A DNA stretch of 64,000 nt from Mobula hypostoma. Lineage: Eukaryota. The notes beneath the pieces are model-generated. The model was not told where the DNA came from, searched no databases, and saw only the letters and a program-made list of their open reading frames with translations. Numbering within the stretch: the stretch's first letter is position 1; each line of letters opens with the position of its first letter. The stretch lies in NCBI RefSeq assembly GCF_963921235.1, contig NC_086097.1, forward strand, positions 220,536,001 through 220,600,000, read 5' to 3'. Below, piece by piece: positions 25,196 to 37,869 of this stretch. Position numbers and translations under genes: made by a program.

Positions 25196-25560
25196 GTGCT
25201 GGCATTGGAGAGGGTCCAGAAAAGTTTCACAAGAATGATTCCAGGAATGAAAGGGTTAACATGTGAGGAGCAATTGATGGCTCTGGGCCTGTACTCTGAG
25301 TTTAGAAGAATGACAACGGATCGCATTGAAACCTATCAAATACTGAAAGGCCTAAATAGAGTGAATATGGAGAGGATATTCCCTATACTCGGTAAGTCTA
25401 GGACACAGGTCCTAGAGAGGACCCTATACCTGAAGAGGGCACAGCTTCAAAATATAGGGGCATCCATTTAGAACAGATGCAAGGAACTTCTTTAGACAAA
25501 GGGTGGTGAATGCATGGAATTCATTGCCACGTATAACTGTTGAGGCTAAAGCAGAGGTTG

Positions 25561-25771
25561 AACATAAGAAATAGGAGCAGGAGTAGGCCATCCAGCCCAT
25601 CGAGCCTGCCCCACCATTCAATAAGATCCTGGATGATCAGTCCGTAAACTCAACTCCATCCACCTGCCTTTTCTCCATAACCCTTAATTCCCTTACTATG
25701 TAAAAACTTACCTGTTTCTTAAATATACTTAGTGAAGAAGCCTCAACTGCTTCCCTGGGCAGAGAATTCCA
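25561..25771 (-). mobile_element. Short CR1 3' end nested in old CR1
   Basis: ACATAAGAAATAGGAGCAGGAGTAGGCC tail; flanked by AGGTTGA/AGGCTGA; same subfamily as 60096-60597. Confidence 0.8.
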
Positions 25772-27014
25772 CAGGCTGATAGGTTCTTGGTTAGTCAGTG
25801 CATCAAAGGTTATGGGGCGGGGGGTGGTCGGGGAGGCAGGAAAATAGGTTTCAGAAGGATATTAAATCACCCATGATGGAATGGCATTTTAGACTTGACG
25901 GGCCAAATGGACCAATTCTACTCCTATGTCTTAAGGTCTTAAAACCACTGACCAATCAGGGACGGTGAACAAAACTGTTGCTTAAAAATATCTTGTTCAG
26001 TTTTTCCTTTTCTATGGCAATTCAAAATAAAATTCCTAACATGGTATAAAAAAACATGCAATTTCTCAGTAACAGTTAAGATAACCAACAACATAATCTC
26101 TTCAACATTTGACACATTAATCTGAAGGCCTCGGTTATCTATCAACAGCATGATGTGATCTTAATACATATTTTCCCATCGCAATGTATTCCTGCCAAGG
26201 GGGCGGAGGGAAAGATGATCTCTAATATTCTGGGCATCAGCCGCAATTCACAGGCTTCCTGCTGAAAAGAAATTGTGATCTATCAGTAGTTCTGTTTTTC
26301 CACAATAATCTCCAAGATTACTGGGGAAAAGATGTGTTTCCATCAGTTAAATTTCACGTTTTAATTTTTTTTAACCAAATGCTTAGAACACCAAGAAACT
26401 AATTTTATTTCACAAATATTCATAGGTGGACTGACATTGAAACTGGAATCAAAATTTCCAAAGGCATCATTCCTTTATTGAAATCTAAAGCAATGATTGT
26501 TTCAAAAAATGTAATTATTTTTCCTCAGTGGAAATTATGACAAATCCTATTCTCTCAATGTCGTGAGACAAATGAGCATTCACACAGAATGGAGAAACCC
26601 AGCAATCAGAATTTTTTTAAACTGAAGTCTTGGATATTAAAAAATGAACTCTGACATATAGCAGAGATCAGTTTTGAAATAGTTTAACTGGCAGCTACAG
26701 GATAAGGCAACTAAGAAAAAAAGCTTTCATTTGGAAAAATGCATGATGTTTTGAAAAATTAATTTCAAGTAGTGCTTTTATTTTAAAGTAGTTTTTCCAG
26801 CAATGCCAGATACTAAATCTTCCTCTGGTTTCTATCTCTGCTCACCAGCTCCTTGAGGTCTTATATTTTCTTATAAGTGGTGGTCATTCAGCCCAAGTCA
26901 GTGACAGCTCCCTGAGCAATTCCATTGATGCTATTCTTGTATGTATTTATTAATACAAATTCTATCTTGTGTTCATCAATTCCGCTCTGATTCTACCACA
27001 GCTACCAATAATGA

Positions 27015-27180
27015 GGGTAATTTACAGTAACCTGCACACCTTCAGGACATGGGCTGGGACCAGAGCACTCAGAAGAAACCCACAAAATCAGAGGGAATTT
27101 GTGTCAACTCCACGTCAGTTGAAGCGGGCTTGTTGACGCTGTGAGATTCCAAGCACCATTTGCAGTACCACTGTGCTATC
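27015..27180 (-). mobile_element. V-SINE-type tRNA SINE, degenerate
   Basis: CCAGAGCACTCAGAAGAAACCCAC..AACTCCAC matches the reverse complement of the V-SINE central domain. Confidence 0.65.
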
Positions 27181-27909
27181 AAATATAAACACTGTCCATA
27201 ATTCAATCATCATTAAGCTTGCTGTCCAAGTCCAGTGATTTCTTCTCCTCAGACGCTGTCTTATTCTTTCAGAGTGAGGAGGTCCTGAAAGGTGAGTTCA
27301 GGGAGTTAGGCGCCAAGTTAAAGGACAGGACCTCCAGAATAGCAATCTCAGGATTGCTACCAGTGCCACGTGCAGGCGGGTTTAGAAATAGTAAGATAGC
27401 GCAGATCAACACGTGGCTGAAGATATGGTGCAGGAGGGAGGGCTTCAGATTTATAGATAATTGGGCAGTTTTCCAGGGAAGGTGAGATCTATTCCAGCGG
27501 GACGGTTTACATCTGAACTGGAGGGGGATAAATATTCTTGCAGGTAGGTTTGCTAGAGAGGCTCCAGTGGATTTAAACTAGATACAAGGGGGAGGGAAAA
27601 CAGAGTGCAGGAACAGATGTAGGGGAGAAGGAAGAAAGAGAAAATAGTAAAGTTGTTTGCACCATTAGTGATAAACAGAGACTAAGAGGTGGAAAATTTC
27701 TTAAATGCATTTATTTTAATGCTAGGAGCATTATAAGAAAGGTGGATGAGCTTAAAGCATGGATTGATACCTGGAAGTATGATGTGGTAGCTATTAGGGA
27801 AACATGGTTACAGGAGGGGTGTGATTGGCAACTAAAAATTCCTAGATTTAATTGCTTCAGGTGTGATAGAATCGGTGAGACAAGAGGAGGAGGTGTTGCA
27901 TTGCTTGTC

Positions 27910-30900
27910 TTTTTAAATATTTTTACTGAATTAGTACACAAAAGGTAAACCATGTAGGCACTAATACACTGTTGCAATATAACTTTACAAGAGATATTAA
28001 TACACAAAGTTAGTACAAACAGTGCAGTTTAGATATAAAATAACAAGGTAATATAATAGTATACTAATTTTCATACATGTCAATAAGGAAAAGAAAAAAA
28101 ACCCCAAAAAAAAACCCCACCGTGCAACTAATCTAAAAAGCAAAGCAAAGCAATGGGCTAACTAGGTATCAAGTAAACTTAAACAACTTAAAACAATCAC
28201 GTCCTCAAACCCGACCTCCATTAAAAACAGTTAAAAAGCAAGAAGGGAATGTAGATATGGACAGAGAGAGAAAAAAAGTTACATTAAATGAAAATGTTGA
28301 ATAAAAGATCTCCAGGCCTGTTCAAATTTAACTGAAGAATCATAAAGATTACTTCTAATTTTCTCCAAATTTAAACATAGTATCGTCTGGGAAAACCAAA
28401 AGAACGTAGTTGGAGCATTAATCTCCTTCCAATGTTGTAAAATACATCTTTTCACCATTAAAGTAAGAAATGCAATCATTCTACGGGTTGAAGGGGAAAG
28501 ATTACTGGAAATTTTAGGTAATCCAAAGATAACAGTAATAGGATGGGGAGAAATATCTATATTCAATACCTTTGAAATAATATTAAAAATGTCTTTCCAA
28601 AAAGTTTCCAAGGTAGGACAGGACCAAAACATATGAGTTAAGGAAGCTATCTCCCCATGACATCTGTCACAAAGAGAGTTAATAAGAGAATAAAAACGAG
28701 CTAATTTATCTTTAGACATATGTGCTCTATGGACAACTTTAAATTGAATTAGGGAGTGTTTAGAACAGATAGAGGAAGTACTGACTAGTTGTAAAATATG
28801 CGCCCAGTCATCCGCCAAAATAATATTTTTTTTTTCTTTTTTTTTTCTTTTTAAATCTTTTTATTGAGTAAGTATACAAAAAAGGTAAGCCATATAAACA
28901 TTAATACAATGTTAAAGTATAATAAAATTCCAAAAGATAACAATACCAAAAAGAAAATACTACAAACAATGTAATTTAAGCATAAGAAACCAAGATAACA
29001 TAATAGTATACTAGATTTTATGTATATCAATGGAAAAAAAGAAAAAAAAACCCCAAAAAAAAACCCACCGTGCAACTAACTAAAAGCAAAGCAAAGCAAT
29101 GGGCTAACTTGAAACCAAACAGAGTTAAACTTAAAATCACATCCTCAATCCCGACCTCCATTAAAACAGTAAAAAAAAACAAGAAGGGTAAATATTACAT
29201 TAAATGAAAATATCGAATAAAAGGTCCCCAAATCTGTTCAAATTTAAATGAAGAATCATAAAGGTTACTTCTAATTTTCTCCAGATTCAAACATAAAATC
29301 GTCTGAGAAAACCAAAAAAAGGTAGTTGGAGCATTAAGCTCTTTCCAATGTTGTAAAATACATCTTTTCGCCATTAAAGTAAGAAATGCAATCATTCTAC
29401 GGGCTGAAGGGGAAAGATTACTAGAAATTTTAGGTAGTCCAAAGATAGCAGTAATAGGGTGAGGAGAGATATCTATATTTAATACCTTAGAAATAATATT
29501 GAAAATATCTCTCCAAAAAGTTTCCAAAGTAGGGCAAGACCAAAACATATGAGTTAAAGAGGCTATCTGCCCCGAACATCTATCACAGAAAGGATTAATA
29601 TGCGAGTAAAAACGCGCTAACTTATCTTTGGACATATGTGCTCTATGCACCACTTTAAATTGAATTAGGGAATGTTTAGCACCCGCCAAAATAATAAAGC
29701 CCAATTCCTTTTCCCAATCTGACCTGATCTTACCGAATGGAGCTTTCCTAAGTTTCATAATAGTATTATAAATAATAGTCGTTACACATTTCTGACATGG
29801 GTTAAGGTTAATTATAGTATCTAAAATATATGTAGGAGGTAGCGTCGGAAAGGAAGAGAGTATAGTACTTAGGAAATTTCTAACTTGGAGATATCTAAAA
29901 AAAATGTATTCTTGGTAAGTTATATTTGTTAGATAATTGTTCAAAAGACATAAGGGAACCCTCTAAAAATAAATCCAAAAACCATGAAATACCATTAGTC
30001 TTCCAAATTTGAAAGGCACGGTCCGTGGAACAGGGGGAAAGAATGTGTTGCCTGAGATAGGAATCGCAAGCCCAAATTGATTAAGATTGAAAAATTTTCG
30101 GAATTGAAACCAAATACGTAAGGTATATTTAACTATCGGGTTACAAACCTGTTTGTGGCGTTTCAAGTCGAAAGGAAGAGAAGAACTTAAAATGGAGCCA
30201 AGTGCGTAACCTTGAGCAGATTGTAATTCCAATACTACCCATTTAGGAATGGATAGTGTATCTTGATCAAGTAACCAAAATTTCATGTGTCGAATATTAA
30301 TTGCCCAATAATAGAATCTAAAGTTAGGTAATGCCAAACCTCTGTCTCTCTTAGCTTTCTGTAGATGTATTTTACCCAATCTCGGGTTTTTATTTTGCCA
30401 AATAAATGAAGAAATTTTAGAGTCAACTTTGTCAAAAAAGGATTTTGGAACAAAAATCGGTAGTGCCTGAAATACATATAAAAATTTTGGCAGAATAAAC
30501 ATCTTAACAGCATTAAAACGACCAAAGTTAAATAAAATGAAGACCATTTAAATGAAAGTTGAGTAATGGGATCACTTAAGGGTAGGAAATAAGTCTCAAA
30601 TAAATCTTTATGTTTACTGGTTAATTTTAATCCCAAGATATGAAAAATGATTATTAACCAATTCAAACGGAAGATTCTGATAAGGGAACTTGCTTATTAA
30701 TCGGGAAAAGTTCACTCTTACTGAGATTTAACTTATAACCTGAAAAAAGACTAAATTGTGCTAATAAATCTAAAGCAGCAGGGATAGATTTTTGAGGATT
30801 AGAAATATATAAAAGTAAGTCATCAGCATAGAGTGATACTTTATGGGACTTTAAACCCCGAGTTATCCCAATAATATTTGGAGATTCTCGAATAGCAATT

Positions 30901-31510
30901 GCAAGAGGTTCTAATGCAATATCAAATAATAAAGGACTAAGAGGACAACATTGTCTGGTACCTCGAAAGAGAGGGAAAAAAGGTGAGTTTAAAGAGTTAG
31001 TACGAACTGAGGCCATAGGAGAATGATATAACAGTTTGATCCAGGATATCAATTTCGGGCTGAAATTGAACATTTCAAGCACCTTAAATAAGTAAGGCCG
31101 TTCGACTCTGTCAAAGGCTTTTTCAGCATCTAAGGAAATGATGCACTCAGGATCATTTTGTGAGGGGGTATAAACAATGTTTAACAGTGTGCGAATGTTA
31201 TAAAAAGAGTAATGACCTTTAATAAAACCCGTTTGGTCTTCCGAAATAATATAAGGAAGTGTTTTTTCTAATCTGTTTGCTAATAATTTAGAAAAAATTT
31301 TAGAGTCAACATTTATTAAGGATATTGGTCTATAAGATGCACATTGAGCAGGATCTTTATCCTTCTTTAATATTAAAGAGATCGATGCTCTATAGAAGGA
31401 TTCGAGAAGTTTACCAAGTCTTAATGAGGCCTCCAGGACCCTGAATAACCAAGGGATTAATGAAGATGCAAAAAATTTATAAAATTCCGTGGTAAACCCA
31501 TCAGGACCAT
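27910..31510 (-). mobile_element. 5'-truncated L1-clade LINE (copy A)
   Basis: GPDGF..YRPISLINVD..LDAEKAFD..RGTRQCCPLSPLLF..LYADD and C-terminal CDRC..HMFWSC; TGTC at both junctions with the host CR1. Confidence 0.92.
28826..29682 (-). mobile_element. Short L1-clade 3' fragment (copy B) nested in copy A
   Basis: Poly(A) tail (T-run 28826-28852), AATAAA, 14-bp TSD CCGCCAAAATAATA (28812-28825, 29683-29696). Confidence 0.9.
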
Positions 31511-34500
31511 GTCAGAGAAAATATTACAGCTGTACTCTGGCAGGATAGATAAGAGGGCTCGTCTGGAGAGGCTATTTGGGTGGAATTGAGGAATAGGAAA
31601 GTTGTAGTAACACTTATGGGGGTGTTTATAGACCACCTAATGGGGACCGAGAATTGGAGGAGCAAATTTGTAAGGAGATAGCAGATACTTGTAGTAAGCA
31701 CAAGGTTGTGATTGTGGGAGATTTTAATTTTCCACATGTAGACTGGGAAGCACATACTGTAAAAAGGCTGGATGGTTTGGAGTTTGTAAAATGTGTGCAG
31801 GATAGTTTTTTTACAGCAATACATAGAGGTACCAACTAGAGAAGGGGCAGTGTTGGATCTCCTGTTAGTGAATGAGATAAGTCAGGTGACAGAGGTTTGT
31901 GTTGGGGAGCACTTCGGGTCCAGTGATCACAATGCTATTAGTTTCAATATAATTATGGAGAAGGATAGGGCTGGACCCAGGGTTGAGATTTCTGATTGGA
32001 GAAAGGCCAACTTTGAGGAGATGCGAAAGGATTTAGAACGAGTGGATTGGGACAATTTGTTTTATGGGAAGAATGTAATAGAAAAATGGAGGTTATTTAA
32101 AGGTGAAATTTTGAGGGTACAGAATCATTGTGTTCCTGTTAGGTTGAAAGGAAAGGTTAAAAGTTTGAGAGAGCCATGGTTTTCAAGGGATATTGGAAAC
32201 TTGGTTCGGAAAAAAAGAGAGACCTACAATAAATATAGGCAGCATGGAGTAAATGAGGTGCTCAAGGAATATAAAGAATGTAAAAAGAATCTTAAGGAAG
32301 AAATTAGAAAAGCTAAAAGATATGAGGTTGCTTTGGCAAGTACGGTGAAAATAAACCCCAAGGGTTTCTACAGTTATATTAATAGCAAAAGGATAGTGAG
32401 GGATAAAATTGGTCCCTTAGAGAATCAGAGTGGACAACTATGTGAGGAGCCAAAAGAGATGGGGGAGATTCTGATCAATTTCTTTTCTTCGGTATTCACT
32501 AAGGAGAAGGATATTGAATTGTGTAAGATAACGGAAACAGGTAGGGAAGCTATGGAAACTATGATGATTAAAGAAGAGGAAGTACTGGTGCTTTTAAGGA
32601 ATATAAAAGTGGATTAAGTCTCCAGGTCCTGACAGGATATTCCCCAGGACCTTGAGGGAAGTTAGTGTAGAAATAGCAGGGGCTCTGACAGAAATATTTC
32701 AAATGTCATTAGAAACGGGGATGGTGCTAGAGGATTGGCGTATTGCTCATGTTGTTCCATTGTTTAAAAAGGGTTCTAAGAGTAAATCTAGCAATTGTCA
32801 GCCTGTGAGTTTGATGTCAGTGGTGGGTAAATTGATGGAAAGTATTCTTAGAGATGGTATATATAATTATCTGGCTAGACAGGGTCTGATTAGGAACAGT
32901 CAACATGGATTTGTACGTGCAAGGTCACGTTTGACAGATCTTATCGAATTTTTTGAAGAGGTTACTACGAAAGTTGACGAGGGTAAAGCAGTGGATGTTG
33001 TCTATATGGACTTCAGTAAGGCCTTTGACAAGGTTCCACACGGAAGGTTAGTTAGGAAGGTTCAATCATTAGGTATTAATATTGAAGTAGTAAAATGGAT
33101 TCAGCAGTGGCTGGATGGGAGACGCCAGAGAGTAGTGGTGGATAAATGTTTGTCAGGTTGGAGGCCGGTACCTAGTGGTGTGCCTCAGGGATCTGTACTG
33201 GGTCCAATGTTGTTTGTCATATACATTAATGATCTGGATGTTGGGGTGGTAAATTGGATGAGTAAGTATGCAGATGATACTAATATAGGTGGGGCTGTGG
33301 ATAATGAAGTACGTTGTTTTCAAAGCTTGCAGAGAGATTTAGGCCAGTTAGAAGAGTGGGCTGAAAGATAGCAGATGAATTTTAATGCTGATAAATGTGA
33401 GGTGCTACATTTTGGTAGGAGTAATCAAAATAGTACATACATGGTAAAAGGTAGGGCATTGAAGAATACAGTAGAACAGAGAGATCTAGGAATAATGGAT
33501 CATAGTTTCCTGAAAGTGGAATCTCATGTGGATAGGGTGGTGAAGAAAGCTTTTGGTATGCTGGCCTTTATAAATCAGAGCACTGAGTATAGGAGTTGGG
33601 ATGTAATGTTGAAATTGTACAAGGCATTGGTGAGGCCAAATTTGGAGTATTGCGTACAGTTTTGGTCACCAAATTATAGGAAGGATGTCAACAAAATAGA
33701 GAGTACAGAGGAGATTTAATAGAATGTTACCTGGGTTTCATCACCTAAGTTACAGAGAAAGGTTGTACAAGTTGGGTCTTTATTTTTTGGAACGTAGAAG
33801 GTTGAGGGGGGACTTGATAGAGGTATTTAAAATTATGAGGGGGATAGATAGAGTTGACGTGGATAGGCTTTTTCCATTGAGAGTGGGGGAGATTCAAACA
33901 AGAGGACATGAGTTGAGAGTTAAAGGGCAAAAGTTTAGTGGTAACATGAGGGGGAATTTCTTTACTCAGAGTGTGGTAGCTGTGTGGAATGAGCTTCCAG
34001 CAGAAGTGGTTGAGGCAGGTTCGATGTTGTCATTTAAAGTTAAATTGAACAGCTATATGGACAGGAAAGGAATGGAGGGTTATGGGCTGAGTGCAGGTCG
34101 GTGGGACTAGGTGAGAATAAGAGTTTAGCACAGACCAGAAGGGCCGAGATGGCCTGTTTCCATGCTGTAATTGTTATATGGTTATATGGTTAAAACCATC
34201 ATTGGACTTTCTTCTGAAGAAGCCACCCTGCGACTGGAAACTAATTCCACGCCCCCCACCCCCAAGTGACTCTTGCTTCAAACAATGATACCTACCAATC
34301 CCAGCCCTTACCACAGTAATGAATATGTTCTAAGCAATAATGGTGCCCCATTATAATCGACAGTACTGGACTGCCCACCTTATCCGCATCAGCCCTGGAG
34401 CCTTTCACCTAGTCAACCAAGGCATACCTCCATTATCTTGTGGTCAGCTTTGTATTTTGACTTTACATTTAGGTATTACATTCAGAAGTTATCATTTGAA

Positions 34501-34789
34501 GTACCACATGAAAGAATGACTCGGTCCGGGTTTTTTTCTGCCATTCAATGTACTTCTGGGCAGCAACTCCTCTATATCCTCTTCACAAAGAATCAAGTCG
34601 CTGACTCCACAAAAGCACCAACCAGGTCACCTCCTGCTGCTCATAGTTCTCTTCTGTAATCCCACTCAACCAGAAATGGCATCTAAAAAGAATTCCCTGT
34701 TACAAATGATGTTTAATTTAGAAAAATTAATATTGTGATCTACACTGATCCTGTAAATAGGTCTACCGAAGCCAAAATCAAAATAAAAC

Positions 34790-35050
34790 TTGTGATCAAA
34801 GGACATATATGGTATCATATACTACTTTGAGATTCATTTTCTTGCAGACATTTAAAGGAGAATAAAGAAATACAACAGAATTTATTAAAAAACTATACAT
34901 AAGCACTGGCAAGCAAACAATGTGCAAAATAAGACAAATTGTTCAAATAAAAATAATACCGACAGTTATAAGGAGTCTTTGAAAATCGGCCTAAAGGTTC
35001 TAGAATCAGTTCAGAGATGTGGTGAGTGAAGTAATCAGTGCTGGTTCAGG
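34790..35050 (-). mobile_element. Rex1/Babar 3' UTR fragment
   Basis: GAGATTCATTTTCTTGCAG family, colinear with 38810-39150. Approximate. Confidence 0.6.
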
Positions 35051-36818
35051 AGTCAGTCCATTTCTCCTCTCTTCTACTGCCTAACGCGTCCATGACTGAT
35101 GGTCGGAGGCAGAAACCAGATCTTAGGCACTGGCAGCAAGCTGGGTGCCATGGTTTTGGCCCAGGAGGAGGATTCTATGCCTCAGGCCCCAAAAGCAAGG
35201 CAGCTGGCAAGTACTGCGCTGGTCAAATCAGGACTCAGAAAATAAAAAGGGATAACCGTGCCCTAGCCCATTTCTGTACTGTGCTTGCCTTCTGTCCTGT
35301 CCACACACCTGCATTAAACCTTTGCAGCCCCACGGATCCAACAAACTTCAGGCTTTGCCACTGCAGCCGCCTCACAACCTAAAGCAGTTTGCACATGGTA
35401 TTAGGTCTAAGGTGTAGATCTTGAGTTCTCTCTCCGGGACACCGTGATGGCCACATGACAGTTCACTGCCCTCAAAGACCACCAAACAGTCCAGTGATGA
35501 GAGACATTCGAAACACGTCAAATAATTAGAAATTAGTGACTTAAAAATAACAATCTCAAAACATATTCAAATTAAAAATGTTAATTTTAGATCAAATGTA
35601 AACAAGATACTTAGCTGCACTAAGTAGGGGACCAAGACACATTTTGCATCCAATTGAGCTCCACTCGTGGATCACAAACACAAGGAAGTCTGCATATGCT
35701 GGAAATCCAAAGCAACATTCGTAGATTCTGTGCTGGGTTGAGTTCTGCAGCAAGAGATCAAATTCCTAGTTTCCTCACCGCAATGCACAGGCGCAAGTCA
35801 GAAATGCACAGTCCCACAGAATCAGAATCAGGTTTACTATCACCAGCATGTGACGTGAAATTTGTTAACTTAGCAGCAGCAGTTCAATGCAATACATAAT
35901 CTAGCAGAGAAAAAAATTGATAAATAAAACAATAATAATAAATAAACAAGTAAATCAATTACGTTTATTGAATAGATTTTTTAAAATGTGCAAAAACAGA
36001 AATACTGTATATTAAAAAAGTGAGGTAGTGTCCAAAGATTCAATATCCATTTAGGAATCAGATGGCAGAGGGGAAGAAGCTGTTCCTGAATCTTTGAGTG
36101 TGAACCTTCAGGTTTCTGTATCTCCTACTTGATGGTAACAGTGAGAAAAGGGCATACCCTGGGTGCTGAAGGTCCTTAATAATGGATGCTGCCTTTCTGA
36201 GCCACTGCTCCCTAAAGATGTCCTGGGTACTTTGTAGGCTAGTACCCAAGATGGAGCAGACTAGATTTACAACCTTCTGCAGCTTCTTTTGGTCCTGTGC
36301 AGTAGCCCCTCCATACCAGACAGTGATGCAGCCTGTCAGAATGCTCTCCACGGTACAACTATATAAGTTTTTGAGTGTATTTGTTGACATGCCAAACCTC
36401 TTCAAACTCCTAATGAAGTATAGCCGCTGTCTTGCCTTGTTTATAACTACATCAATATGTAGGGACCAGGTTAGATCCTCAGAGATCCTGATACCCAGGA
36501 ACTTGAAGCTGCTCACTCTCTCCACTTCTGAACCCTCTATGAGGAGTGATATGTGTTCCTTCGTTTTACCCTTCCTGAAGTCCACAATCAGCTCCTTCGT
36601 CTTACTGACATTGAGTGCCAGGTTGTTGCTGCGGCACCAGCCGAGTTGGCATATCTCACTCCTGTACGCCCTCTCGTCACCACCTGAGATTCTACAAACA
36701 ATGGTTGTATCATCAGCAAATTTATAGATGGTGTTTGAGTAATGCCTAGCCACACAGTCATGTGTATACAAAGAATAGAGCAGTGGGCTAAGCACACACC
36801 CGAGGGTACACCAATGTT

Positions 36819-37360
36819 TTTTTTTGGCGTGTGCCTGCGTTCATGCGCGTCTGTGTGTCCCTGATCGTCTTTTTCATGGCTTTTACAAGGCAGAGAGGGA
36901 GAGGGGGAGAGGGGGAGGGGGAGAGGGAGGGGGAGGGGGAGGGGGAGAGGGGGAGAGAGGGGGAGAGGGGGAGGGGGAGGGGGAGGGGGAGGGGGAGGGG
37001 GAGGGGGAGGGGGAGAGGGAGGGGGAGAGGGAGAGGGAGGGGGAGGGGAGGGGGAGAGGGGGAGGGGGAGGGGGAGGGGGAGGGGAGGAGGGGGAGGGGG
37101 AGAGGGGGGGAGAGGAGGGAGGGGGAGGGGGGAGGAGGGGGAGAGGGGGGAGAGGGAGAGGGAGAGAGACTGTGTGGCATGACACTCCTCACACAGACAT
37201 TTTCACAGTATTTTCCCTTTGTTTTACGAGGTCGAGTTGCATTCTCGACACTCAACCCGGCACGGATGGAAAGGGTACTCAGGGCGGACCCGACTAGTTT
37301 CCAAACCGGGACCCTCCGCTCCTGGGTCCAGCGCCGATGTCGTTGCGCCACCAGCCGGCC
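36819..37360 (-). mobile_element. tRNA-derived SINE with internal purine/pyrimidine repeat
   Basis: Head GGCCGGCTGGTGGCGCAACG (A-box-like), GGTTTGGAAAC (B-box-like), A tail, imperfect ~18-bp TSD CCGAG(G)GTACACCA(A/G)TGTT; CpG-rich. Confidence 0.8.
36893..37168. repeat. (GAGGGG)n purine tract
   Basis: About 275 nt of G/A only on the + strand. Confidence 0.97.
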
Positions 37361-37869
37361 GAGGTACACCAGTGTTGATCGTCAGCGAGGAGGATATGTT
37401 ATCATCAATCCACGCAGATAGTGGTCTTCCAGTTAGGAAGTCGAGGATCCAATTGCAGAGGATAGTACAGAGGCCCAGTTTCTGGAGCTTCTCAATCAGG
37501 ATTGTGGGAATGATGGTATTAAATGCTGAGCTACAGTCAATGGGTCAGAGGTGGATCGCTCAGCAATAGGCACGTGTATTTCAGCCCAAAGGTTTTGTAC
37601 CCTCATTCACTCAGCCGCAATGACCTCCACACTGGAGAAATAACTTGCTGGATATAATGTTTAAAGAACCCAACAGAAGTCAATCTTAAAGGTTAAAGCA
37701 ATTCTGGTCTGTCCTTTTATAGCATCCAATACCACATATTTTAAAATATTCATAGTCAAGGCCACATCTTCCATTCTGAACTGTGGATTTTTCAATTCCT
37801 TGCCAACCTATTAAGAGGTGTTTACACACATATTTAATATTACCCACATATTCCATCTTCAATATCTTT

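Larger units (their letters stand above)
21440..25940 (+). mobile_element. Old, degenerate CR1 hosting three nested insertions
   Basis: RT relics in 21600-22490 (DVVYLDFQ, KFAD) resume at 25194 (VLALERVQKSFTRMIPGMKGL) and end in a CR1 tail at about 25940. Confidence 0.85.
27270..34190 (+). mobile_element. Long CR1 (ORF1 esterase C-terminus plus whole defective ORF2) interrupted by L1 elements
   Basis: ORF1 end ISGLLPVP..DGLHLN; ORF2 start YFNARSI..RGGGVALLV to 27909; resumes at 31511 (VRENITAV), RT KYADD, tail GTTATATGGTTATATGG at 34172-34190; several stops and frameshifts. Confidence 0.95.
35818..37540 (-). mobile_element. 5'-truncated Rex1/Babar LINE
   Basis: ORF 36058-36795 LSPLLYSLYTHDC..KFADD..NSFFPSAI; RT continues 37361-37540; (AGAATC)n tail at 35818. 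Confidence 0.93.

Noticed and set aside
25193..25326. N-terminal ~45 aa of the 911-aa ORF
   Set aside because: Antisense read-through of the older host CR1, so the ORF is not a full-length ORF2 or a new fusion protein.
36788..37421. Pro-rich and Gly/Arg/Glu-rich ORFs
   Set aside because: Translations of the (GAGGGG)n tract.
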